Origin: Phyllobates terribilis
Lineage: Eukaryota
DNA length: 64,000 bases
Assembly: GCF_046119375.1 (NCBI RefSeq)
Contig: NW_027362761.1
Coordinates: 910,842,001-910,906,000 of the forward strand
Direction: 5' to 3'
Positions 26,316 to 38,319 of the stretch are shown here, one piece after another; the first letter of the stretch is position 1; every line of letters starts with the position of its first letter. Made by a program: the position numbers and the translations under genes. Under the pieces are notes generated by a model. It saw only the letters and a program-made list of their open reading frames with translations. It had not been told where the DNA came from and ran no database searches.

Positions 26316-27502
26316 TGTGGCGCCCCTGAGGGTTCAGTCGCCACAGAGGTACTGCATCTCACCCAGAGGTGTGGTATCTCACCCTCAGGTAAGGAAGGAG
26401 TATGGCTCGGGACCCTAACACCTGCATCCAACACATACCCGCAGTGGGGGTAGGGCGAGATTGCTCCTAAGGGAGAGCACAGTCCCAGGTCCCTAGCTGG
26501 TGGGAGGGTCCTATGTAGTGGGTGTGGATGGAGAAAGCAGCTTAGGGGAGCTCATGACAGTGAGAGTATAAATAGGAAGCCATCTTAGAAAGAGCAAGCC
26601 ATTCAGAGGAGGAGAAGTGACAGGAGCAGAGGCTCTGCATGAGCTCTGCTCCGGAGGCGGGCCTAGCCTGGGAGGCCCAGGACTGAAGGAGAGAAGAGAG
26701 GAGTGGGAGCAGGAAGGCTCCAGGAACCGAAGGGACCCTAGGGGTATGGGCCCTGCAGAAGGCCACCCGTACGCCCGCTGCTACCAGGAGGTAGAGGGGT
26801 CAGGCCAGATAAGGGGAACCGGTCCCTCAACTAGCGGAGAAACAGCAAGGCTCAACTAGAAACCGGAGGCTGCAGCATTTCATTTACTGCAGGCCAAAGT
26901 CCACACCAGTATCACTAAGAAGGTAGCCACATAGGACCCAGGGGACGGAACACACGTCGCCCGCCAAGGCCCGAGGATACCGGATAGAAGTGTCACTGGG
27001 TGTGAGGTGCAGGGAGAAGGCCAGAGAAAGGACACACAGAAGGGGGTCCTGCTAAGTACTCCGGCGCTATCTGGGGGTGGACTGAGCCCCTCACTGAGTA
27101 CGCACAGCACGACGGGGGAGATTGCTCTGGTACCTGTAATCTGGACTGCAACAACTATGAGTAAAGATCTTGGGACTGCATCACACGGACTCTGTGTTCA
27201 TTACTGACTCCCTGCACTACAACCACCATCATCCACCCACACTGCCCTGAAGCTACACTCTTCCTGTGGAGAGTAATAATACCATTGCTGCAAAACCACC
27301 AGCTTCAGAGGACTGTTCCACAGCGGCGTCCCCTTTGGCCGCACTCCACAGGTGGCGTAGTCGGACATTATAAAACCCATATATACAAATTACCCTTGGA
27401 TTGACCACCCTGGATCACGGACCGGGTCGCCGCCACAGTGACTACAACCCCCAGCGTCTACCGGCCCGGCTCCGGGTACCCCACGGCCCAGGGGGCGCGT
27501 CA
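26316..27502 (+). mobile_element. Solo LTR (Gypsy type, TGTGGCG...GCGTCA), no TSD
   Basis: Interrupts the transposase between AGGGTG and CATAGG. Homologous to LTR 62569-63782. Followed by 4 extra nt, ACTT. Confidence 0.88.
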
Positions 27503-28976
27503 ACTTCATAGGTCCCTGATCTGAGACCACTCCTGCAGCGTGATTTGCCCCACCTCTGGATCTCGTTGGCCCAGGCTATACGTCAGAACGTATTGCACCA
27601 GGGCTTGTCGGTGCTGCCACAGTCGCTGCAACATGTGCAGAGTTGAATTCCACCGTGTCGGCACATCGCATTTCAGCCGGTGAAGTGGCAGGCCCAACGA
27701 CACACAGCGACCGTGCCCTCTGCAGAAGGCCATCTAGTCCGGGATAGTGGGCTAAAAATTGCTGGACAACCAGGTTCAACACGTGAGCCATACAAGGCAC
27801 GTGTGTGACATTGCTTCGGCGAAGGGCCACACCCAGGTTTGCAGCATTGTCGCACACGGCGTTCCCTGGTTGCAGGTCCAGTGGAGACAACCATTCATGA
27901 AACTGGGTCTCCAGAGCTGACCACAACTTCTCAGCTGTGTGACTCACATTTCCCAGACATTTCAAAGTAAACACCGCCTGATGCCGTTGAGCCCAGCTGC
28001 CAGCATAGTAAGGAGGTGTGCAGGATTCCTTCTGCGCAGTTAGAAAGCGGGTGGCATTACCAGACAGGCTTTGGGTGCAGGTGGAGGACCGAGAGGAGGT
28101 TGAGGAGGCAGAAGCAGTGGAGGAACTTCTAGATAAAGAGGATTGACGTACAACTCGTGGGGACGGCAAGACTTGGACAGCAGCCCATTGTCCTGCTGTC
28201 ACCATAGTTACCCAGTGCCCAGTCAGTGACATGTAACGCCCCTGTCCATGCTTACTCGCCCAAGTGTCTGTGGTGAAATGCACCCTGTCACACAAAGAGT
28301 TTCTCAAAGAAGTGGTGATGTTGTGTGTGACATGCTGGTGGACCGCAGGCACACCTTTCTTTGAGAAGTAGTGCCGACTGGGCATCTGGTACTGGGGCAC
28401 TGTGACGGACATAAGGTCTCGAAAATCCTCTGTGTCCACCAGGCGGAAAGGCAGCATTTCTGTAGCCAACAGCTTGCAGATGGGGAAATTCAACCTCATA
28501 GCTTTGTCATGGCTAGGAGGAAATGGTCTTTTACTTGTCCACATCTGAGGGACCGAGGGCTGGCTGTTGTGCTTAGACGGTGTTGAGTAGGGTGTCGCCG
28601 GCAAACTTTCTGGTCTGTGAGGAAGATGCAGGCGGAAAAGTTAGGTTGTCTTGATACAAAGGTGGTGCTCTCGATGTCGGAGAGCGCTCAACACCAGCTG
28701 GTGTTTCCACTTCCAAATGAAATGATGATCTGCCAATCACACTGGTTGTTACGGGTAAAGAGGTGGCAGGTCTGCGTCCAAAAACATGTGTGACTGCTGT
28801 CCCCCCAGTCACAGAGGATGAAGAGGCCTCGGATGCACAAGATGGGGCAGACGGTGGTTGGCACGGCCCGCTAGGCAGCATTGTAGCACAGTGAGCTTCC
28901 CACTGCAACTTATGCTTCATATCCATGTGACGGTTCATGCATGAAGTACTCAAACTATGGATTTTTTGGCCTCTAC

Positions 28977-31900
28977 TGTTATGATCTGCTACAGGGACTA
29001 AGGAAAGGCAGGAGATCTGTCCCTACAATAGAACTAAACTAGATCCCTACGATGTAACGGGGAACCTGATCCTGTGATCAGACCCGCTAAAGTCCTCGGC
29101 TAGTCTGTACGAAGACCTATAGATGTGAGGGAGGGATCCCTACAAGAACTAGGGACTGGGATAAGTTGGACACCTCCTAGCAGAAATAGTAGCAGTCAAA
29201 GACAAACACACAACAAAAAGCATAGAGGTCAGAAGACCTAGCAAAACTAACAGAGAACGGCAACAGAGCACCAAGCTAGCTCAAGAGTAGTAAATACAAT
29301 GAAGTCCAGCAAGGCCAGGAGGGCGGAGCCGGATGAAATAGGCAAAAATGTTCATGTGACCAGCAAACTAAAAAAAACCTAACAGGAGAGTTCTAACAGT
29401 ACCCCCTCTTCTAAGAGGATCCTCCGGATCCCCTAGGCCCAGGCTTACCAGGAAACCTCCTGTGAAACGCTCTGACAAGTCTGGAAGCAGAAACATCACC
29501 CACCCTCACCCATGAGTTATCCTCAGGTCCGAAACCCTTCCAAGCGACGAGATACTGCAAACTCCCTCTATACCGTCTAGAATTTAGGATGCGGGAAATT
29601 TCATATTCCCCGTCCTCCACCACCGGAGGAACAGTGGCAAAGGCGTCACCATCCGACACATCAGCTTTTTTCAACAGAGAAACATGAAACACCGGGTTAA
29701 TCTTCCAGGACATAGGAACCTCCAACCTAACAGCAGATTGGTTAACTATCTGAAGCACCTTAAAGGGCCCTATGAACTTGGGACCCAATTTTTTAGAAGG
29801 AATCCTCAATCGCAGATTCTTAGAGGACAACCAAACCATGTCACCAACAGCAAACAAAACCTCTTGCCGTTTCCTATCAAAGTACCTCTTAGATTTTTTG
29901 TTAGCCTCCTGAAGATTACCACGCACATCCGTCCAAACTCTCTCCAAATCACCGGAAAAACTCTCCTCCTCAGGCACAGCCGAAACCAATTTGGAGAATG
30001 ACCCGAAAGACGGATGTCTCCCAGAACAACAAAAAAAAGGCGAACACCCAGCAGAAGAGGATGTATGGTTGTTAAGAGCAAATTCAGCAAGTGGCAGAAA
30101 CTCAGACCACCCCTCTTAATTGTCTGCCACAAAACAACGCAAGAACTGCTCAACATCCAGGTTCTTCCTTTCTGTCTGGCCATTAGACTCAGGATGATAT
30201 CCGGATGAAAACGACAAATGAACTCCCAACCTGTCACAAAAGGCACGCCAAAAACGAGCCACGAACTGAGGTCCCCTATCAGAAACAATGTCAGTAGGAA
30301 CACCATGTAGTCTGACAATTTCCTTGACAAAGGCCTTAGCGAGTGTCTTAGCGCAAGGCAGTTTGATGAAGGGAACCATGTGACACATCTTGCTAAAACG
30401 GTCCACGACCACCCAGATGACCGTGAAACCTTCAGAGGGGGGAAGGTCAGTAATAAAGTCCATAGCCAGATGTGTCCAAGGTGCACTAGGAACCTCCAGA
30501 GGGCAAAACAACCCCGCAGCAGGAGCATGCGAAGACTTGGATCTAGCACACACAGTACATTGACGCACCCACTTAATGACTTCCTTCTGCCATCCAGGCC
30601 ACCAAAAACTGCGACCCACAAGTCTCTTGGTCTCAGAAATTCCTGGATGACCTGCCAACCGAGACTCATGACACTCAACAAACAAATCTCTCCTAAAGGT
30701 CCTAGGCACAAACAACCTCCCATGGGGAGTGTTAGATGGGGCATTCTCCTGAGCTTTAAGAATCTCATCCTCCAAAACGGAGTCCAAAGCAGCAATCACA
30801 ACACCTTCTTGTAAAATGCTCTCCTCTTCCTCCTCAGCACTGACCATGGGAGAAAAGCTGCGAGACAAAGCATCCGCTTTAACATTCTTGGTACCCGGGA
30901 TGTAAGTAACGGAAAAATTAAACCGCGAGAAAAAAAGTGCCCACCTAGCCTGACGGGCATTCAAGCGCTTGGCAGCATCAAGATAGATCAGATTTTTATG
31001 ATCAGTGAAAACCTGAATGGGAAATTCAGCACCTTCCAAGAGGTGACGCCAGTGTTCAAATGCGAGTTTAATCGCCAGCAATTCCCGATTACCAATATCG
31101 TAATTAAGTTCAGTCTCAGAAATTTTTTTTGAAAAAAAGGCACAGGGATGTACTCCATCCTTGTTTTCCTGAGACAACACCGCACCGACCCCCACCGAAG
31201 AAGCATCAACCTCAACCAAAAACGGCTTAGTCACATCAGGCTGCATAAGGATGGGGGCAGAGCTGAACCTCTCCTTTAGAAACACAAAAGCTTCAATGGC
31301 CTCAGAAGTCCACTGAACCGCATTAGCACCTTTCCTGGTGAGATCGGTCAGCGGTTTGACAATAATAGAAATTTTTTTTATGAATTTTCTGTAATAATTG
31401 GCGAAACCCAAAAACCTCTGTATCGATTTCAAACCAATAGGCCTAGGCCATTCCTGCACAGCTTGGACTTTAACCGGGTCCATCTCAAAACCTTCACTGG
31501 AGATAATGTAGCCCAAAAAACTAATTCTCTGTACAGCGAACTCACATTTCTCCAGCTTAGCAAAAAGCGAATTGTCCATTAATAACTGTAATACCTCACG
31601 TACGCTCCGCCAATGAGACTCCAGATCAGGCGAATAAATCAGAATGTCATCCAAATACACAACCACATTTTTGCCGATTAAAGGTCTAAGGATGTCATTA
31701 ATAAGATTCTGAAAAAATGCTGGAGCATTGGTAAGAGCAAAAGGCATCACCAGATTCTCAAAATGACCCACAGGAGTGTTAAAAGCAGTCTTCCATTCAT
31801 CACCCTCCTTCATGCGCAACAAATTGTATGCCCCCTGGAGATCAATTTTAGAGAACCACTTGGCCCCCACTAACTGGTTAAATAAATCAGGAATCAATGG

Positions 31901-33965
31901 CAGTGGGTAAGGATTGCGTACAGTAATTTTATTAATCTCACGAAAGTCCAGACAAGGACGTAAACCGCCATCTTTTTTTTTTACAAAAAAAAATCCAACA
32001 GCCACAGGAGACTTGGAAGGCCTAATGTGACCGGCGGCCAAGCTTGTCTGTATGTATTCCTCCAAAGCCTTTCTCTCAGGAATAGTAAGATTAAATAAAC
32101 GACTTTTAGGAAGAATCGCTCCAGGGACAAATTCAATGGTACAATCATAGTCTCTATGGGGAGGCAAAATTTGTGACTCCTCCTCAGAAAAAACTCTCCA
32201 AAAATCCTGAATAGGTACAGGTAATTCCCCTTTATCCACAGCAGCAATGCGCCCGTTACAACACTTGTCATAACACTTAGGGCTCCAGGACTTAATTTCA
32301 TTGGTAGACCAATCCAGTACAGGATTGTGCAATTTTAACCAGGGTAACCCCAATATTACTGGAGAAGGCAAATTATCCAATACCACCAAATCCAAATTCT
32401 CTTGATGAATACCATTAATAGTGAGGGGAAATTCACAGACCTTATGAGTAACACTCTTCAAGGGAGAGCCATCAACAGAAACCACAGCAATAGGGGATGA
32501 CAAAGTTTTAGGTTCTAATCTAAGTTTTTCCAAGAATCCCCCATCAATCACATTCAGAGTAGAACCACAATCCACAAATACCCGAAGTTCAATTAATTCA
32601 TCCTGAGCAGCAGTAGTGGCAGATAGGAATACTCCCTTAGAATTTAAACAGGCTATACGTGCATGACTGACCATTTTTTTTTCTTTCTTCATACGAAGCA
32701 CACAGTTCTTAATAAAATGACCAGAATTTCCGCAATAGAAGCACAAGCCTTCAGAAAGCCTGCGGTCTTTTTCCTGAGAGTGGGGTGCCATCGCCCCAAT
32801 CTCCATCGGCTCTCCATTGTCAGCACAGACCCTCTCAGGACTCGGAGCTGACATAGCAGAGGATTTGCTCTCATTAACCCTTGCACGCAGTCTCCTGTCC
32901 ACCCGTATAGCTAATTGCATTGCCTCCTGCAAGTTTCCAGGTGTGGGATAAGCAATCAGTAAATCCTTAACCCTTTCACCTAGCCCTGCAAGAAACAAGC
33001 TTTTCAAAGCTGAATCGTTCCACCCCACCTGGGCAGACCACCGACGGAAGTGAGAACAATATTTTTCCACATTACCTGATCCCTGCCTCAGATGTCTCAA
33101 TTCAGACTCAGCAGATGAGACACGATCAGGATCATCGTGCAACAAACCCAAAGCAGAAAAAAAACTATCCACTGATCTAAAGCACGGATCACTAGGTTGG
33201 AGAGAGAAGGCCCATCCCTGAGGATCTTTGCGCAAAAGTGACATTATGAACCCTATGCGCTGTGATTCATCACCAGAGGATCCGGGTCTCAAACGAAAAT
33301 ACAATAAACAAGCATTTTTAAAAGAAAAAAAATCTTGTTGTTCGCCAAAAAATAAATCAGGCAGACGTACCTTTCGTTCCACAAAATGTGCTCCAGAACA
33401 GCTACTCACGTGTTGTTGGAGCTTGGCCACCTCCAGAGAGAGTCCCTGCAAGCGTTGAGCCAAATCTTGAACCGAGACCATGATGGAAAACTGGAGGTCT
33501 TTCCTTAGAGAAAATTTTTTTTTTCTTTTAGGGCTGGACTTACTGTTATGATCTGCTACAGGGACTAAGGAAAGGCAGGAGATCTGTCCCTACAATAGAA
33601 CTAAACTAGATCCCTACGATGTAACGGGGAACCTGATCCTGTGATCAGACCCGCTAAAGTCCTCGGCTAGTCTGTACGAAGACCTATAGATGTGAGGGAG
33701 GGATCCCTACAAGAACTAGGGACTGGGATAAGTTGGACACCTCCTAGCAGAAATAGTAGCAGTCAAAGACAAACACACAACAAAAAGCATAGAGGTCAGA
33801 AGACCTAGCAAAACTAACAGAGAACGGCAACAGAGCACCAAGCTAGCTCAAGAGTAGTAAATACAATGAAGTCCAGCAAGGCCAGGAGGGCGGAGCCGGA
33901 TGAAATAGGCAAAAATGGTCATGTGACCAGCAAACTAAAAAAAACCTAACAGGAGAGTTCTAACA
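28977..33965 (-). mobile_element. Full-length Ty3/Gypsy chromovirus (sushi clade), very recent insertion
   Basis: 422-bp LTRs at 28977-29398 and 33544-33965 with one mismatch seen. 5-bp TSD TCTAC. PPT GAAGAGGGGG next to the 3' LTR. Confidence 0.98.
29411..33481 (-). pseudogene. Single-frame gag-pol (CA, CCHC, protease, RT, RNase H, integrase, chromodomain) with one in-frame TAA at 30116-30118
   Basis: CFYCGNSGHFIKNC, VFVDCG, YLDDILI, VDASSVGVGAVL, HHCC plus D-D-E integrase, YEISRIL...YLVAWKGFGPEDNSW chromodomain. The frame continues in register past the stop (EGWSEFLPLAEFALNN). Confidence 0.95.
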
Positions 33966-34193
33966 TCTACTTAGCTTTTGGTGACAAATATTACAGATAA
34001 CACGAGTTGGGTCATCCTTATCGATCTGAAAAAATACCCAGGCTATGCAAGGCTTAGAGCCCATGCGACCTGATGAGCCACTACGACTTGTGGTCAGAGG
34101 CAGAGTTGTGGTTGAGGATGCAGTTGTTGACGTGCTTCCAGTACTCCGTCTCTGTCCAGGAAGGCGCAACCTAACCTCGTCGTCAATAGCATC

Positions 34194-35334
34194 TGTGACG
34201 CCCAGCTGCGCTTGGTATCACAGATCCTAGAAGAGTGCATTGATGGAATCCTAAACAAGAGGCCCCCATAAACATTCACACATCTCCACCTTCCACCTCA
34301 GACCAGCAGAGGGAGCCCGTTAGGGATATAAATAGGGAAAGTGGAGCTAGGCAGTTCAGTTCCTCTGAAGAGTTCCTGCAGTAGAGAAGCCTAAGAGATG
34401 TCAGTCTGCAGTGGAGCTCAGTCTAGTCTAGAGAACTCAGTTAATAGTTCAGCAGTGGAGCTTGAGGCTCCTGTTAGCTAGATTCAGGGAGCCCAGTTAG
34501 AGCTTAAGGTGTGCCGGCGCCATAAGATCGGTGATGCGCGGCAAGTTGCCGTTAGTGTGTATAGCCTAGTGAGGGCCCGAGTAGGCCGAAGGCGAGTGGA
34601 GAGTTAGTACATAGTGGACAGAGGAGCTTAACCAGCTCACCCCGAAGCATTTACCGGACACTGGATCCGAGCTTATCTCTATGACCCAGTAAGGCATAAC
34701 CAGAATCCCTGGAGAACTACAAGTCCCAGGATCGCTAAGGTGCTGATACGTAACAGAGTCAGGAGACGCTTAGGCCCCGCATACTGGGAGCGTGAACTCC
34801 AAGACAAGGCCCTACCACAAGGTCAGCCAGCGCAGGACAGAGACAAAGTTAAGCCTAGCTCCAGGCAGGTCAGAAACTTACTACGCAGAGGCAAGAAACA
34901 GGAGGCCCTACACCCGCTCATTGGGGGGGGAATCCTGATATGCACCCTTCACCCTACAGTGCTCCGGGATGTGCCTGAATTTCCACCAGTAAAAGGTACT
35001 GAAGTGACTACCGTGTCCATTCCGGTTCTTGCTCTGACCCAGCTGGGTCTCGCCTGTCCTGCATTCCCCCTGCATACGCTTTTCTGAGGCCTAGCTCCAC
35101 CTGTGGGGAGCTATACCATCGAGCTGCCTTATCACCGGCCTCAGTGGACTACTGCAGCGCTGGTGCTTCTCACCAGATACCACAGGTGGCGTCACGAACT
35201 CTTATAAAATTAACAATTATCCACCCTTTTAAAGACTGACCCCAGGGTACGGGCCCGGGAGCCGACCACCGTGACATCCCAAAGGCCAGGCAAAGGCCCG
35301 GGTACCGAGTCATTCCCATCCCCTGGGCTAGTCA
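34194..35334 (+). mobile_element. Solo LTR (Gypsy type, TGTGAC...AGTCA)
   Basis: 4-bp TSD CATC (34190-34193 / 35335-35338). Interrupts the hAT transposase. Confidence 0.88.
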
Positions 35335-36829
35335 CATCCTCCTCCACCTCCTCTGCTGACCTCATCGACTGGCTGACTGTGGGTTGACAGTAAGTGGGAT
35401 CTCCAACCTCGTCATCATCACCCTGTGTGTTCTCACACCCGTCGTCCTCAGAGCCAACCTCTTCCTGCCCTGACCGAACAGTCAAGTTGTCGCTCCAATC
35501 AGGTATTTGAGTCTCATCATCGTCTTCATCATTGTCTCCACCAACAGGAGTTACAGTTTGGGAACGAGGGTCTACATTATGCTCAGAACCTTCTTCATCT
35601 GGTCCTGGATCCGACTCATAAAGATTCTGGGCATCAGTGCAGATCATTTGCTCGTCTGGATTAACAGAAGCTCTGGAGCAGACCTCCGTTTCCCAGGCTA
35701 TAGTATGAGTAAACAGCTGTGCAGACTCAACCATCTGTATTACCCCATACTCAGACGGGCAGCTTGAGACTTGGGAGCTGTGAGGAAGCAAGTGCGATTG
35801 GGGTGACACCTCTGAGGACTGGAGTATTTGTGATGTTGAAGTTGAGGTGGAGGAGAGCCCACTTGAAGGAGCACTTGATATACGTTGAAGCACCTGCTGT
35901 TTTTGTGCCTCATCTGGAATTTGTAGCGATGGGCGTGTCCGTAAGAAAGGGATCGTATCACATTGTCCACGAAAAGAAGTAGACATCTTAGTTTGGCTGG
36001 AAGATGGTCTTTCTTCTGCAGATGTTACTCCCCCCCACCGCGGGGGGGCTCGACCCACCAGCGGACAGGCACCAGTATTGAGAGAGGGGGGCTGGCCGTC
36101 ATGGTCCACCGCAGCTCTGGCACAAACCCGGCGACACGGAGGTGGCACGGGCAGGAACGGACTGGCCGCGTCGGCTTCGCACTTTTTTGGTTTTAGAAGG
36201 GCATGACATGCCTATATCTGTGTCTCCCCCTCCTTTTACTCCTCCACCTCTTTTCTTTTCGCATGACTATATGTACTTGTCACTTTTCCATGTGTTAGTT
36301 GTGTCTTCTGAGAAGTTTGTCAGCTTTTGGACACCTTTGAAGGTGTTTTCTATGTGTTTCTATGTGTTTTTGTTTGCCTGCCATTGGTTTTAATGGTGTT
36401 CGACAGTGTTCGACGAAAAGTTCGGCGAACATAAAGTTTTCGACGAACCGAACCGAACTCGAGCACTACGGGGGTGGCTCAACACTACTTATGATACATG
36501 AACATGTGTCTAGGTGTCTAGTACCCTAAACCTAACCGTAACCCTAGCACACATTAAAAAGCTAACCCTAACAATGACACTACTAAACACAAAACTCTCC
36601 TAAATACTAGCATTACCCATCACAAGACTTAGCATCAAATGCCCTGTGTAAAACTAAAAATGGAGCGGGAATTGAGTTCTTCACTTTGATACGGCTGTGC
36701 ATAAAAGAGGCTGAGAAGAAGGGACATGTTGCTGGGACAGTGGAGTGATGTATTGCATGAGGAGGCTGTGTATAGAAGGGTCTGAGGAGCGATATACTAC
36801 AGGAGATGACTGTAAACAGAAGTGTCTGA

Positions 36830-37801
36830 GGAGTTAAGTATTGCAGGATGAGGCAATTTCTTTCCCTGAATTTCTGTGCCCTTTTTTCTCCATACATACC
36901 TTTGATCATATTGTGTCCAAAGAGTTCTATTTTAGCCTCATCGGTCCACAGGACTTGTTTCCAAAATGCATCAGGCTTGTTTAGATGTTCTTTAGTATAC
37001 TTCTAACTCTGAATTTTATGCTGAGGCTGCAGGAGAGATTTTCTTCTGATGACTCTTCCATGAAGGCCATATTTGTGCAGGTGTCACTTAACAGGAGAAC
37101 AATGTACCACAACTCCAGAGTCCTCTAAACCTTTCTGAAGGTCTTTTGCAATAAATCTTTCTGAAGGTCTTTTGCAATCAAGCAGGGGTTTTTATTTGCC
37201 TCTCTAGCAATCCTACGAGAAGCTCTCACTGAAATTTTACTTGGTCTTCCATTCCTTATCTTGACCTCCACTGTTCCTGTTAACTGCCATTTCTTAATTA
37301 GATTTCCAACTGAGGAAAGGGCAATTTGAAAAGCTTTGATATCTTCTTATAGCCTTCTCCTGCTTTCTGGGCCTCCAACATTTTCATTTTCAGAGTGCTA
37401 GGCAGCTGCTTAGAAGAACCCATGGCAGCTGTTTTTTGGCACAAGGTTAGAGGGCGCTGGGTTTTTATAAAGCTGGGAAATTTGCATCACCTGGCATTCC
37501 TAGCGATGATAGTGAACAAGCCATAACCCTAACAGGTTAATTTAGGTCTGAAACCTTGGTCAAAGTTATCTGAGGACACAAATCGTCAAAGGTGCCCAAA
37601 ATTTTGCATCAGCCCATTTTCCTTTTTGTAATTTTTGAAATATAATAGTTGAAAATATATATATTTTTTTGCCTAAAATACAAATGAAATGTGTCAATTT
37701 TAACTTTAGGCCTTTTAGAGATCATTTTATCTTCAACTTGCTTAACTGTTCACTATAATAGTAATTTTGACCAGGGGTGCCCAAACATTTACATGCCACT
37801 G
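36830..37801 (-). mobile_element. Tc1-like transposon remnant (5' half)
   Basis: VLWTDEAKIELFG on the minus strand near 36915-36955. Terminal ...GGGGTGCCCAAACATTTACATGCCACTG followed by TA at 37802-37803. Confidence 0.8.
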
Positions 37802-38319
37802 TACAGTGTTCTTTGAAAAGTAAGGTTTTAATCAATATCTCACTGAACAGAAAAACAATTTCCAAAATTTGACAAGGCTGAGTGTCATAGAACATATTTT
37901 AACCCACAACATGAAAGTAAGATATAACTTTTATTACAAGATCTTCAGCTTAATCAAATTAGTTGATACAAAAATGAATACATCCCACATCAAAAACAAT
38001 TGCATCTATATACCAAAAGGGGAGAACCCCCACTAAATATACCTCACTAACAAGACCTTAAACTTAACTTTTATTTTTATATATACATAAATGAGGGTGT
38101 AGAAATAAACCGATTAAAAGTTGCTTTGCCCCCAGTTTGCTAATTAGACTCTTTATATTGAGCAATTATTGCTACTATTCTGGAATAAACGGCATCCCAG
38201 GTGCCATAGTTTATAAGCAAATCAGGGCAAACTATTAAAATATAGTCCCCCCCTACATGTTTCACTGTTTACACAGCGTCATCAGGGGAAGGGACACAGA
38301 CACTAAACTATTTTGTATA

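Larger units (their letters stand above)
25136..36030 (-). pseudogene. hAT transposase of copy 2, split by three LTR-type insertions
   Basis: BED finger (AWVFFQ...CNIC...MNRHMDMKH), HFTTDTW, CDNAAN, CMAHVLNL, TRWNST, LLDPRYK and SERVFSAAG dimerisation domain. Collinear in reverse with 56740-60347. Confidence 0.93.
13231..36487 (+). mobile_element. hAT copy 2: 23.3-kb compound element with nested insertions and an inverted transposase block
   Basis: Left end TAGAGATGAGC at 13231. Right end GCTCAACACTA at 36477-36487 (imperfect TIR). Identical 8-bp flanks CTTATGAT at 13223-13230 and 36488-36495. GTTCG-rich subterminal motifs at both ends. Confidence 0.93.

Noticed and set aside
29806-30795. 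329-aa minus-strand ORF and plus-strand ORFs overlapping the chromovirus integrase
   Set aside because: Shadow frames of a long coding sequence, with no domain signal.
36520-36575. Telomere-like CCCTAA fragments
   Set aside because: Only a few interrupted hexamers, too short to call an interstitial telomeric array.
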